Part shown: positions 16,348 through 26,078 of the stretch, piece by piece
How positions within the stretch are numbered: position 1 is the stretch's first letter
How the letters are laid out: every line of letters begins with the position of its first letter
Source of the DNA: Candidatus Magasanikiibacteriota bacterium
Lineage (GTDB): Bacteria; Patescibacteriota; Patescibacteriia; Magasanikbacterales; GWA2-37-8
Direction of reading: 5' to 3'
Assembly: GCA_016189025.1 (NCBI GenBank)
Contig: JACPGS010000019.1
Span: 16,272 to 80,271 of the forward strand
Length of the DNA: 64,000 nt
Notes under the pieces: generated by a model
The model's input: only the letters and a program-made list of their open reading frames with translations
Told to the model about the DNA's origin: nothing
The model's database searches: none
Made by a program: the position numbers and the translations under genes

Positions 16348-19300
16348 ATGGACCGCCACTTGCGGCCTAAAAAGGAGGCTTCCATGAAGTCGAAACGGAA
16401 TAACGCGGCGCTCATTTTCACCCTGTATTTGTTCGGTGCGGTTGGTTGCGCGAGTTCCGGGCCTACCCCGGGCACGGACGGCGATGCCAACGACGCCCGA
16501 GGGGATGCGGTGCTACCCGCCTGTGCCAAGGATCAGGACTGTCCGCCCGGCCAGCTCTGCGAGCTCGCCACACAGGTCTGCCGGCCTGGCTGCTCAACGG
16601 CCCACGGCTGCGGTCAAGGACGCCTCTGCGAGCTCGATGCCGGTGCCTGTGTGGAGTGCTTCGCCGACAGCGACTGTCTCCTAAAGCAGGAGCCCCGTTG
16701 TAACGCGAGCAAGCACCGCTGCGTCCCTTGCCTACCAGCGGGAGACAACTGCGGTCCGGGGGAGTATTGCCTTTTTGATGGCACGAACTACCGCTGCGAG
16801 GCCGGCTGCAAGGGAGACAGCGACTGCGGCGGAAACACGCCGCGCTGCGACCTGACCGCCCACCAGTGCGTCGCCTGCCTCGCCCACGCCGACTGCGCCG
16901 CCGGCACGTGCTGTACCGCCTCCCAGGAATGTATGGCCACGGACTTTCAGTCCGATGCGCGACACTGCGGCGCCTGCGGGGTGGAGTGTCTTGGCGGCTG
17001 GCTCTGCTGTGGGGGAACCTGCAGTAATCCCGCCAACGATCTCACGAACTGCGGCGGTTGTGGTAACGTCTGCACCGCCGCCCACGGTGCCCCGAAGTGC
17101 GCGGCGCGCGTTTGCGGTATTGAAGTCTGCGACAGCGGATGGGCCGACTGTAGTGGCGGAATCAGCGATGGGTGCGAAACCAACACCCAGATCAACTCCA
17201 ACCACTGCGGCGGCTGCAACCAGACCTGCCCTTTTCCTCCCAACGGGACACCGCGCTGCGCCCAGGGCCAATGTGAGATCATCTGCCAAGGTGGCTTCGC
17301 AGACTGCGACCAAGACCCGACCAGTGGCTGCGAGGTGAACACGATGACCAGCCAGGCCAACTGCGACGGCTGCGGTAACGTCTGCACCGCCGCCCACGCG
17401 ACAGCTCGCTGCTCCCAAGCCACCTGCCAGGTAGCAATCTGTGACCCCGGATATGCCGACTGCAACAGCAATCCCGCCGATGGCTGCGAATCCATGACTG
17501 AATCGGACACGGCGAACTGTGGTGGCTGTAATCGGGTATGTTCCCTACCCAACGCCATCGCTCAATGTTCCAGTGGGGCCTGCCTGCCTACCAGCTGTCT
17601 GTCGGGCTACGACAATTGCGACAATTTCGCCGGCAACGGTTGCGAAACCAGCCTCACGAGCGACCCGGCTCACTGTGGCGCCTGCGCCGCTGTCTGTTCG
17701 GATCTAAATGGCACGCCATCTTGTCGCAGCGGGACGTGCCGAATCACCTGTGCGCTGCCGTTTGACAACTGCGATAGTGACCTCGCGAATGGCTGCGAGG
17801 CCAATCTAGATGTTGACCCGAACAGCTGCGGCGGCTGTGGAGTGGTCTGTTCCTCACTGAATGTAGCAGTCCGGACGTGCAGCAATGGCATGTGCGCCGG
17901 AATCTGCGTTTCGGGATTCCAGGACTGCAATGGTAACAAGCAAGTGGACGGGTGTGAAATCAACCTCGTTACCGATGCTGCGAACTGCGGCGGCTGTGGG
18001 AACCGGTGCGACCTGCCGAACGCTACGGCCACCTGTACGCAGAGCGCCTGCGCCATTGATTCCTGCCAGTCTGGCTTTGGCAACTGTGACGGAGCGCCGA
18101 CCAACGGTTGCGAGGCAAACCTCCAGACCGATAGGGGTAACTGTGGAGTCTGCAATGTGATCTGTGCAATGCCGAATGGCACGCCGCGCTGTGTCCTCGG
18201 CAACTGCGCAATCGGCCCCTGCAACGCCGGGTACGCGGACTGCGACCGTAACATCAGCAACGGCTGCGAGTCCAATTCGCAAACCGATTCCAATAACTGC
18301 GGCGCCTGCGGCACGGTCTGTAGTGGCAGCGGTGCAACCTGCGTTGCTGGCCTGTGCACTTGCTCAATCTCAATGGGGGGGACGCTCTGCGGTGGTACCT
18401 GTGTCAACACCGCTACTGATCCGAACCACTGCGGCGGGTGCGGTCGGTCGTGCATGACTAGGCCTTGCATAAACTCGCTGTGCGATGGCATTAATTGTCC
18501 CGCTGGCTGGGCTGACTGCGACCAAAACAATCTCTGCGAAACAAATATCACCACAGTACAGAACTGTGGCCGGTGCGGCGTGGTCTGTTTGGTGCCGAAC
18601 GGTACCCCGGCTTGCGTCGGAGGGATCTGCCAGATCGCCTCCTGCACCGCGCCGTTCGCTGACTGCGTCAACGGCATCGCCGACGGCTGCGAAACGAATG
18701 TGAGCGGCAGCGATCTTCAGAACTGCGGAGCCTGCCAACAGACCTGCGTCCTAGCCCACGCGACGGCCCGTTGCTCCCAGGGCGCTTGCCAAGTAGTAGC
18801 CTGTGAGTCTAGCTATGGCGACTGCAATAGCGACCCCACCGACGGCTGTGAAACTAATCTCCTTACGGACTCTGCCCACTGCTTTAATTGCGGGAACAAG
18901 TGCCCACCAGATGCGCCAGTCTGCGTAAACGGAAATTGCCGTTGCAACAGCGACACGGATTGTGCCTTGGCGACCGGTCGGCCGAGGTGTAGTACACCGC
19001 TCCCGCCATACTTATGTGTTCAATGCCTGGACGACGCGATTGATTGCCCGCTCTATACTGCCTGTCATAAGGACGGGTATAGGTGCGAGGCTGTCTGCGG
19101 CGACGGAGCGCACACTCTCTGCAATGGCGGCTGTTGCCAGCAGGGCGTCTGCACCCAGGGGGTTGCCAATGACGCGTGTGGGAACAGTGGCGGGAGCTGT
19201 TCTGCCTGTAGTCCTTTTACGCCGATCTGCCTACCCACTGGAACGTGCAGCGGCTGCACAACATCAGCCGACTGCAAATTCGGCGTTCCTTGTATTAACG

Positions 19301-19569
19301 GCCTTTGCACCTGCCTGTTGGATGGTAATCGTTGCGTTACCAATTCAGATTGCTGCAGTGGGAATTGTGACGGTACCTTCTGTGGTGTTCCGAATAATTG
19401 CTATGAACCCGGGTTTGGCGGCCATTGCGGAGGAGGTGGAGATCCACCCTGCTGTTTTGGTGGAGAATGTTTTTTGAACGCCTGCTCCTTTGTTGATAAC
19501 GGTGAACGGTGTAGCGCCGATCGACAGTGTTCTAGCAAGAAATGTGAGGCCGGCGTTTGTGTTAGATGA
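16348..19569 (+). CDS. Cysteine-rich tandem-repeat lipoprotein with about 20 copies of a ~40-aa 'NCGxCGxxC…C…G…C' unit, ending in knottin-like 'C…CCS..C.G..C' units. The start is probably the Met at 16384.
   Basis: Signal peptide plus lipobox 'LFGAVGC'. Repeats such as 'TNCGGCGNVCTAAHGAPKCAARVCGIEVCDSGWADCSGGISDGCETN'. They resemble Myxococcus-type cysteine-rich repeats. Confidence 0.7.
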   Translation: MDRHLRPKKEASMKSKRNNAALIFTLYLFGAVGCASSGPTPGTDGDANDARGDAVLPACAKDQDCPPGQLCELATQVCRPGCSTAHGCGQGRLCELDAGACVECFADSDCLLKQEPRCNASKHRCVPCLPAGDNCGPGEYCLFDGTNYRCEAGCKGDSDCGGNTPRCDLTAHQCVACLAHADCAAGTCCTASQECMATDFQSDARHCGACGVECLGGWLCCGGTCSNPANDLTNCGGCGNVCTAAHGAPKCAARVCGIEVCDSGWADCSGGISDGCETNTQINSNHCGGCNQTCPFPPNGTPRCAQGQCEIICQGGFADCDQDPTSGCEVNTMTSQANCDGCGNVCTAAHATARCSQATCQVAICDPGYADCNSNPADGCESMTESDTANCGGCNRVCSLPNAIAQCSSGACLPTSCLSGYDNCDNFAGNGCETSLTSDPAHCGACAAVCSDLNGTPSCRSGTCRITCALPFDNCDSDLANGCEANLDVDPNSCGGCGVVCSSLNVAVRTCSNGMCAGICVSGFQDCNGNKQVDGCEINLVTDAANCGGCGNRCDLPNATATCTQSACAIDSCQSGFGNCDGAPTNGCEANLQTDRGNCGVCNVICAMPNGTPRCVLGNCAIGPCNAGYADCDRNISNGCESNSQTDSNNCGACGTVCSGSGATCVAGLCTCSISMGGTLCGGTCVNTATDPNHCGGCGRSCMTRPCINSLCDGINCPAGWADCDQNNLCETNITTVQNCGRCGVVCLVPNGTPACVGGICQIASCTAPFADCVNGIADGCETNVSGSDLQNCGACQQTCVLAHATARCSQGACQVVACESSYGDCNSDPTDGCETNLLTDSAHCFNCGNKCPPDAPVCVNGNCRCNSDTDCALATGRPRCSTPLPPYLCVQCLDDAIDCPLYTACHKDGYRCEAVCGDGAHTLCNGGCCQQGVCTQGVANDACGNSGGSCSACSPFTPICLPTGTCSGCTTSADCKFGVPCINGLCTCLLDGNRCVTNSDCCSGNCDGTFCGVPNNCYEPGFGGHCGGGGDPPCCFGGECFLNACSFVDNGERCSADRQCSSKKCEAGVCVR

Positions 19570-19802
19570 TACCCCAATGGAGGCCCCTGCGGCGCGGACA
19601 ATGCTAGTTGCTGTTCGAGGCAATGCACTGGTAACTACTGTCTGTAGTATTTCCAGCCGGAGACTTCAATTGAACTTAAACTTCGAGTCTTAAATCTACC
19701 GACATTCAAGTTTCTCGCTCTTTCCTTCATCCCTCTAGGACAACACTCCGCGGTTCTCGCGGAGGAGTGCCGCGGCGACACTCAACCTTCGCCCCACTCA
19801 AC

Positions 19803-19836
19803 AACCGCCTTTCGTACGAAGGGCGGTTTTTGTTCA
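19803..19836 (+). terminator. Rho-independent terminator
   Basis: aaccgccttt-cgtacg-aagggcggtt followed by TTTTGTT. Confidence 0.6.
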
Positions 19837-19859
19837 TCTCGTTGCCAGATTCAGTTACC

Positions 19860-19900
19860 AGTTTATCCACAAGTACCCCTTGACAGGTATATTATATAGT
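19860..19900 (+). promoter_or_regulatory. Conserved motif GTTTATCCACAAGTACCCCTTGACA (contains a perfect DnaA-box 9-mer, TTATCCACA) followed by a -35/-10-like TTGACA…TACTAT
   Basis: The same ~25-nt motif occurs at 29840-29866, and a variant at 29694-29720. Further TTATCCACA 9-mers occur at 13369 and 44207. Confidence 0.4.
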
Positions 19901-20006
19901 TATACTATAAAGTGGTAATTAGTACCGAGCTAATGCCACGGCCGCGCTCTAGTTGCCTGCTGGTCGGCAAACCAAACGGGCGGCGCGGGCAGGCGGGGCT
20001 GTTTTT

Positions 20007-20393
20007 ATGGATAAATCTAGCCATCATATTTTGTTGGTGGAAGACGACAAATTTTTAGCGGGAATTTACCAGCGGAAGTTCACCCTGGAAAAATTCAAAT
20101 TTACTGTGGTCGGCGACGGCTTCAGCGCTCTTAATTTTGTTGCCCGCCAGCGGCCGGATTTAATCTTACTTGATATTTTGCTGCCTAAACTAGACGGCAT
20201 GGCCGTATTGAAAAAGTTAAAGGCTGATCCGGCCACCCGTAATATCCCGGTGATTCTGCTCACTAACCTAGGGCAGCATGACGAAGTAGTGCGCGGGCTG
20301 CAAGCCGGCGCCGCCGCCTTCCTCATTAAAGCGCACTTTAAGCCGTCGGCGGTGGTGGCGAAGGTAAAAGAAGTACTGGGGAAACCCGAATAA
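20007..20393 (+). CDS. Stand-alone response-regulator receiver domain (CheY-like). The ORF could start at 19953.
   Basis: 'ILLVEDD', phospho-acceptor 'LILLDILLP', 'PVILLT' and 'K' in the REC-domain layout. No output domain. Confidence 0.75.
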   Translation: MDKSSHHILLVEDDKFLAGIYQRKFTLEKFKFTVVGDGFSALNFVARQRPDLILLDILLPKLDGMAVLKKLKADPATRNIPVILLTNLGQHDEVVRGLQAGAAAFLIKAHFKPSAVVAKVKEVLGKPE

Positions 20394-20409
20394 ATAAAAT
20401 CCGAATCTT

Positions 20410-20910
20410 ATGGCTTTTTTGCTATCTCGCCGCGGTAAAGCCGCTCTGATCATCGGCATAGTCGCCGGCAGTCTGGCGGGGCTCGTTTTGCTCTGGCGAA
20501 TAGCGTTGGCAGTGTCGCCCTCGTTGCGTTCGCGGGCGCCGTACTGGAACGCCCAACTGATGGTAAGACTAATCAAATGGGACCAGCGCCGGGCCCAGGC
20601 GCAGGCGGCCGCGGACACGGTGGGCGGCAAAACGCCAGAAGAGACCCTGCGTCTTTATCTGGCCGCGGTGGACAGCGGCGATTATCGGAGGGCGAGCACA
20701 TTTTTTGTGCCGGAAAAACAAAAGCAAGAACGCCAATCGTTTTCGCAATCAGTTCCGGCTGATATCGGGCGCATTCAAAATTTATTAGTAGAAGCGTTAA
20801 AACGCGGCGGCACCTATAGTGCGGACGGCAAGGAGTATGTTATTCATCAGCCGATCTTTGTTCATTTAGTACGTTATCCGGCCGGCAATTGGAAATTATT
20901 GGAGATTTAG
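20410..20910 (+). CDS. Hypothetical membrane-anchored protein
   Basis: N-terminal TM 'AALIIGIVAGSLAGLVLLW'. 166 aa. Confidence 0.45.
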   Translation: MAFLLSRRGKAALIIGIVAGSLAGLVLLWRIALAVSPSLRSRAPYWNAQLMVRLIKWDQRRAQAQAAADTVGGKTPEETLRLYLAAVDSGDYRRASTFFVPEKQKQERQSFSQSVPADIGRIQNLLVEALKRGGTYSADGKEYVIHQPIFVHLVRYPAGNWKLLEI

Positions 20911-20920
20911 CTTTGCTGCT

Positions 20921-23851
20921 ATGCGCCGCTTATCTGGGGTTTTTGTTCTTATCTTGTTAATCGGCGGGGTGGTTCCGGTGGGGTTGCCGGCGGCCCGGGC
21001 TTTTGATGAGCGCACCACTCATCCGGCGCTGACCGAGCAAATGGCCGAATTTTTTAATCTGAATTATCCGCAGGAGCCGCTCACTCCCAAGGAGAAAGCC
21101 CTGCTGGTGCAGGGCTCCATTGACGAAGATACTGAACCGCGCTGGATCAATCATTTTTATGATCCGATTTATAACGAAGGGTGGCGGGGGGAGCGAATGG
21201 GAATTTTGCCTTCGTGGCTAGTGCGGGCGTTAAGCCGGATTTTACTTTCACCCGAAGAGGCAGTTACCTCTAAACAATGGTCGCAGGATCGCGCGCGGCA
21301 GACTCGCTACGCTCTGGTGAAAGGCGATCGCACCTGGCAGCGCGCCCTGGAAGAAGCAGCAGTAAAGAAAAATCCCCGCGAGGCCTACTATACTTTGGGT
21401 TTTATTCTGCACCTTTTGGAAGATGCCGTAGTGCCCGATCATACGCGGGGCGATACGCACGCGCATCCTTTGGCATCAGTTACCGGCGATTACGGCAGCC
21501 CGTACGAGGAATATGCCAAAAGGATGTTTAATTCGGCGAGTATCAGCGGGCTGGCCAAAAGTTTTTTTCAGAGCGGCATTCGGCCGGTAAAGTTGTCGGA
21601 GTTGAATGATAACTTTGATATTTTAGCACGGTACTCCAATCAATACTTTTTTAGCAAAGACACCATTGAGAGTAAAAAATATCTTTTACCTGCCATCGTT
21701 AAAGAAGACAGTCAATTCGGTTATGGGCGCGATCAGGATAAAAGTATTTTTCCCCTCGTCAGAGTGAGTTATCTACGTACCGCCAGTCATAAATTGATTA
21801 AGCAATACACTTTAACTCAAGATCAAGCCAACTATCCCATTCTTAACGCCTATTTTGTCCGCCATTCCCGCGCTGCCCTTGCTTACGGCGCCGGGGTAAT
21901 TAAATTCTTCCGCGACGAGGTGCGTCGGCTGGTCCAAGCCGGCGCCGCGCTTCCCCCGGCGCCCCGGGGGATGCCCCTGGCTTTATCTCCTTTAATCCTT
22001 CATTCTGCCATAGAAAATGGCGGCACCCAGCCGGCCCCCACTTATTTTATTCCTGCCACCGGCACCATCAGCACGCCGCCCCTTAATGCCGATAATCCGC
22101 ATTTGCCCGGGGTTACCAATCCGCCGCTGTTACCCGCTTTATCCTTGCTCTCTCCTCTTCCCCCTTCGGAACGCGGAGCGTTCTCCCTCCCCGAAGAGCG
22201 TACCGCGTTTCCCGAGGGTGGAAGCGGGCAGGGCAATTTTTCGCCGGGTACGCCGGCGCTGGGCGCAGCGGTTGCTCCCGGGGTTCCGGCCAACGAAGAG
22301 CAGGTTTTGCGCCAGGCCATAGCCGGAGTCAGCCAGGCGCTGATTGACGGCGCGGCCGCCGGGGCGGCCGCGCCAGTAGCCGCTGGTTTGTTGCTGGCCA
22401 CCACCCTAGGCGCCCTGGGCTATGTTTTGCGGCCCCAGGCCACCGGGGACGGCGCCTCCGGCTGGGATATTGTGAGACTAGTGCCGCGCACTATTTATAC
22501 CACGGTTACCCGCACCGTAGAGCGCCTGGTGCCGGTAGTCCGTACGGTGGTGGAAGAAGTGCGTCAGGTGGTTTACCGCACGGTTTGGCAGCTGCGGGAG
22601 GTGGTGGTGCGGGCAGTTGGCCTGGTGCGGCGGATAATTATTCGGGTACCGGTACGCGAAGCAGTTACGGTAATCCGGCAGGTCACCCGCCAGGTAGTAG
22701 AGCTGGTTAAACGTTCGGTAGTGGAAGTTTACCAGACAGCGCAGACAATTTACCAAGAAATTAAAGTAGGAGAAGTAAGGGTTTCCCTGCCCTCACCCGC
22801 GCCTGCCGTCACTACTCCGGTAGCCGCTCCCATTGCTCCGGCCGCTCCGCCGCCTAATCTATATCGCTGGGTTGATTCGGTGTGGGGGCCGCGCTACGGC
22901 ATGGTGGTCGGCGGCGTATGGCACGACGTGGCGGGTTGGGAAAATTCTCGCTTAGATCAGATTTTTGGCGATACTATTTCCACTGTTTCTCGCGGCGCCT
23001 ATTCCGCGGGCTGGAGCGCGGCGCACGGCGGCGGCACGGTGGCGGGCGGCGCCAAATCCTTGGACGCGCTCTGGAGCATGCAGACTGGCGTAATGCACGG
23101 CGGATTGGCGCCGACGCCGGAGCTTTACGCTCGCGGCTTTACTTCGCGTTTCCCTAAAGGCAGCCGCGAACAGCAGGCGGAAATCGCCGCTTTTAACCGC
23201 GGGGTGGCTGATTATCATTATTTTGAGCCGGCGCTGATGTACAATCCGGCCGATGGCACCGTTTACACGGTTAATAGTGCCTTGGCCGCCGAGTTCAGCG
23301 CCCGGCTGGACTTCCGCCGCTTAAGCAACGACACGCCGCGCGATCAGGTGTCGCTTGCCGTGTACGATACTCCCGAAGATTTTTTGGCCGGACAGCCTAA
23401 TGCTAATCACGTTCCTCTTTTTCCCGAAGCGCCCCCGCCGCCCACCCTGTTTGAAGTTTATTTCAAGGAAGAGCGCGCTAAAGGGCGCTCTCCCGAAGAT
23501 ATTTTGCGCCATAATCCCTTTATGGGCACCGCCAGCCAGCCCGGGGCGCTGTATACCCCTTTATTAGCATCAGCTCCGGAGGGCAGCCTGGCCGCCTGGG
23601 CGCAGGCCGCTTTGCCCTGGCGCGCCGGGCTAAGCGAAGCCCAGCAGCGCAGCATTACCCACCTGCTAGAGACCCGGGCTAACGAAGGCAGACCGCTTAA
23701 CAATACCGACGCCAAAAATCTGGCCTTTGCCCTGGGCCGGCCGCCGGACTGGCCGCAGTTTGCCGGCGTTGCCGTTGCGGTCGCTCTCTCCCGCGCCCTC
23801 CCCCGGCCGGAGCTTTCCTTCACCCCCGCGTCAGCAAAACCAAGTCGGTAA
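20921..23851 (+). CDS. Large secreted protein (976 aa) with an N-terminal zinc-dependent phospholipase C / P1-nuclease-like motif and a Pro/Ala/Val-rich repetitive C-terminal half
   Basis: Signal peptide 'VFVLILLIGGVVPVGLPAARA'. 'FILHLLEDAVVPDHTRGDTHAH' resembles the H..D…P.H zinc-ligand motif of PLC/S1-P1 nucleases. This assignment is tentative. Confidence 0.45.
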   Translation: MRRLSGVFVLILLIGGVVPVGLPAARAFDERTTHPALTEQMAEFFNLNYPQEPLTPKEKALLVQGSIDEDTEPRWINHFYDPIYNEGWRGERMGILPSWLVRALSRILLSPEEAVTSKQWSQDRARQTRYALVKGDRTWQRALEEAAVKKNPREAYYTLGFILHLLEDAVVPDHTRGDTHAHPLASVTGDYGSPYEEYAKRMFNSASISGLAKSFFQSGIRPVKLSELNDNFDILARYSNQYFFSKDTIESKKYLLPAIVKEDSQFGYGRDQDKSIFPLVRVSYLRTASHKLIKQYTLTQDQANYPILNAYFVRHSRAALAYGAGVIKFFRDEVRRLVQAGAALPPAPRGMPLALSPLILHSAIENGGTQPAPTYFIPATGTISTPPLNADNPHLPGVTNPPLLPALSLLSPLPPSERGAFSLPEERTAFPEGGSGQGNFSPGTPALGAAVAPGVPANEEQVLRQAIAGVSQALIDGAAAGAAAPVAAGLLLATTLGALGYVLRPQATGDGASGWDIVRLVPRTIYTTVTRTVERLVPVVRTVVEEVRQVVYRTVWQLREVVVRAVGLVRRIIIRVPVREAVTVIRQVTRQVVELVKRSVVEVYQTAQTIYQEIKVGEVRVSLPSPAPAVTTPVAAPIAPAAPPPNLYRWVDSVWGPRYGMVVGGVWHDVAGWENSRLDQIFGDTISTVSRGAYSAGWSAAHGGGTVAGGAKSLDALWSMQTGVMHGGLAPTPELYARGFTSRFPKGSREQQAEIAAFNRGVADYHYFEPALMYNPADGTVYTVNSALAAEFSARLDFRRLSNDTPRDQVSLAVYDTPEDFLAGQPNANHVPLFPEAPPPPTLFEVYFKEERAKGRSPEDILRHNPFMGTASQPGALYTPLLASAPEGSLAAWAQAALPWRAGLSEAQQRSITHLLETRANEGRPLNNTDAKNLAFALGRPPDWPQFAGVAVAVALSRALPRPELSFTPASAKPSR

Positions 23852-23892
23852 CCTTGTTGTTCACTAGGTAGTCGTGGTAAACTACCGCTAGT

Positions 23893-24492
23893 ATGCTGGA
23901 GACAATTTTTGATACGCTTAATCAAGTCGCGCCCCAGGCGGCAATTTACGCCGCCATTATTTTAGTGGTGGGATTGTTAGTGTACCACTTTACCAAATTT
24001 TGGGTCGCTACCAATAAAACTAATCAGGCTCTGCCCGAAATCCAGGCCTCCCTCATAAAAATTGACCGCGGCCTGAACACTCTTAATAAGGTACTATTGG
24101 AAAAAAATATTATCAGTCAGTCCTGTTACTCTAACGTAAACAGTCCGCGCGCTTTGAATGATCTGGGTCGGCGACTATTGCCAGCTAGCGGGGCGGATCG
24201 CTTGCTGGCGCAACAAGCCGGGGCATTTCTCAATGAGCTGGAACAAAAACCGTACGATTCGCCACTGGAGGTGGAGCGCGAGGCGCTTAATCTGCTCCTG
24301 GCTAAAATGGATGATGCTGAATTCAGAGAATTGCAAAATTTCGCTTACAACCACCCCCAGTTTGACGGCAAGCCACTCACCTACACCGATATTTTATTTG
24401 TGATGTCGCTCGTTTTGCGCGATCAGTACCTGGCGCGCCACCCAGAACTTCGGTCAGATTTCGGTCAACTCCCTTCGCCAGGGTCAATTTGA
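23893..24492 (+). CDS. Hypothetical membrane-anchored protein
   Basis: N-terminal TM 'AAIYAAIILVVGLLVYHF'. Ends in a TGA stop. Confidence 0.45.
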   Translation: MLETIFDTLNQVAPQAAIYAAIILVVGLLVYHFTKFWVATNKTNQALPEIQASLIKIDRGLNTLNKVLLEKNIISQSCYSNVNSPRALNDLGRRLLPASGADRLLAQQAGAFLNELEQKPYDSPLEVEREALNLLLAKMDDAEFRELQNFAYNHPQFDGKPLTYTDILFVMSLVLRDQYLARHPELRSDFGQLPSPGSI

Positions 24493-24820
24493 ATTGTGGG
24501 TCTACTCAATGTAATCAACGTCCTAGTAATCATTATTGGCTTGCCTAGTTTGATTGTGAGCTGTGTTTATCTTAGGCGGAAGTTAAAAATTTTGGACAAT
24601 CGGAATCATCATTGGCAAAAATTAACTCTTAAAGAAAGACTTTAAAAATTATCACCGGCAGACCACAATTTAGTCGCCTCCTGGGTCATTCGCAATGATT
24701 ACGCCAAGGCGCATTCCGAGCTTAAGTAATCATCTAAATTACCGTCCGCTTGCTCTAGTTCCGCCATAATTATTGTGGTCGAGGGCTAGCCAGGCGGGTT
24801 TTTTTGTGGTATAGTATGGG

Positions 24821-25924
24821 GTGCGAGAATTTAGAAAAAATATGCTTCGTCCCCTAGAGCGCCCCGAGCTAATTGGCATCCCTGGTTTTGACGAACATGA
24901 GGTAGTGTTAAAAATAGAAGATGGCAACGTGGGGTTGCGCGGTTTTATTGCTTTGCACAACACCAATTTAGGGACCGCGGTAGGAGGAACGCGGATGTAT
25001 CCTTATGCTTCGGAGCGGGAAGCCCTGGAGGATGTGCTGCGCCTGTCGCGGGTGATGACCTATAAGTGCGCGATGGTGGGGGTGCCCCACGGCGGGGGCA
25101 AGGGGGTAATTATCGGTGACCCGGCTACCGGCAAAACCGAGGCTCTCCTCCAAGCTTACGCGCGGGCGGTTAACGAACTGCACGGCCGCTTTTATACCGG
25201 TGAAGATGTCGGCCTGGCCGAGGCCGATGTGCGGCTGATGCTGCAGCATTCTCCTTATTTTATCGGCAAACCAGGGCTGGCGGGCGACCCCTCTCCCTAC
25301 GCCGCCTTAAGCACTTTCTATGCCATGCAAACCATTGCGCGATTGCGGTTTGGTTCAGATGATTTAAGAGGGCGTTCGGTAGCGATTAAGGGAGTCGGCA
25401 AGGTGGGCAGCGAATTGGCGCGGTTGCTGGTGGAAGCCGGAGCAAAAGTGGCCATTGCCGACATCAACCCTCTGGCAATCAAGGCAGTTACCGATAAATT
25501 TCCGGCCGTGAAAATAGTGGCGCCGGCGGCCATCCACCAGGAAACCGCTGATTTATACGCTCCCTGCGCCTTAAGCAGCGAATTCACGCCCACTACGATG
25601 CGGGCGGTGCGCGCCCGGGTAATCTGCGGCGCCGCCAACAGCCAGCTGGCCGATGACTCGGTGGGGGATTGGTTTTGGCAGGAGAGCATTGCTTACGTGC
25701 CTGATTATGTAGCGAACGCCGGCGGCCTGATTAATGTGGTGGACGAGCTGGAGGAGGGCGGCTACCAGCATCGCCGGGTGCTGGAGCGCATCAACCAGGT
25801 GCGGCAGACCGTGGCCGATATTTTTCAGCTGTCCGCCAAGCGCCGGGAATCTCCCCACCGGGTGGCGGATTTGTTAGCCGAACATATTTTCAAAAATTTG
25901 CCGCCCACTCATATTATTGCTTAA
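24821..25924 (+). CDS. ldh: Glu/Leu/Phe/Val dehydrogenase family, leucine-dehydrogenase-like
   Basis: 'GTAVGGTRMY…MTYKCAMVGVPHGGGKGVI' is the family signature with the catalytic Lys. 'IKGVGKVGSELA' is the NAD-binding GxGxxG. ~360 aa fits Leu/Val DH rather than Glu DH. Confidence 0.8.
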   Translation: MREFRKNMLRPLERPELIGIPGFDEHEVVLKIEDGNVGLRGFIALHNTNLGTAVGGTRMYPYASEREALEDVLRLSRVMTYKCAMVGVPHGGGKGVIIGDPATGKTEALLQAYARAVNELHGRFYTGEDVGLAEADVRLMLQHSPYFIGKPGLAGDPSPYAALSTFYAMQTIARLRFGSDDLRGRSVAIKGVGKVGSELARLLVEAGAKVAIADINPLAIKAVTDKFPAVKIVAPAAIHQETADLYAPCALSSEFTPTTMRAVRARVICGAANSQLADDSVGDWFWQESIAYVPDYVANAGGLINVVDELEEGGYQHRRVLERINQVRQTVADIFQLSAKRRESPHRVADLLAEHIFKNLPPTHIIA

Positions 25925-26010
25925 GGATGAAGCCAGATTCCGAGTTGACCCAGCGCCACCCCGTCTCCTGATTTTGAATTACGGAACTATCTTAATTTGG
26001 TCGCTCGGTC

Positions 26011-26078
26011 GTGGTAGACACCCTCCGTGCTCCCCCCGACTAGATCGGGGGTGCGCGCGTAGGGAACCCGTCTACCAC
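26011..26078. repeat. Nested hairpin element: outer stem gtggtagac…gtctaccac, inner CCCCCCGACTAGATCGGGGG. Related to the element at 15382-15450.
   Basis: Read directly. It lies between the ldh stop and the bidirectional terminator. Confidence 0.4.

Noticed and set aside
16732-18738. Numerous long antisense or alternative-frame ORFs inside the cysteine-rich lipoprotein gene (for example 16732..17418, 16947..17558, 17670..18677, 17854..18282)
   Set aside because: The region is highly GC-rich and repetitive, so stop codons are rare in all frames. The + frame has the signal peptide, lipobox and a coherent Cys-repeat structure. The others are low-complexity Ala/Pro/Gln-rich artefacts.
19567-19569. 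Possibility that TGA is recoded (for example to Gly as in genetic code 25) given the in-frame repeat continuation and rarity of TGA stops
   Set aside because: TGA-TGA tandem stops end the ThiF-like gene. The 63416 TGA is the stop in an ATGA overlap with the next gene's start. No conserved protein in the window requires an internal TGA. Standard code 11 explains all housekeeping genes.
20921-23851. Calling the 976-aa protein a bona fide phospholipase C
   Set aside because: Only one zinc-ligand-like motif (HLLEDAVVPDH) is recognisable by eye. The remainder is low-complexity. I kept it as a tentative PLC/P1-nuclease-like secreted protein only.
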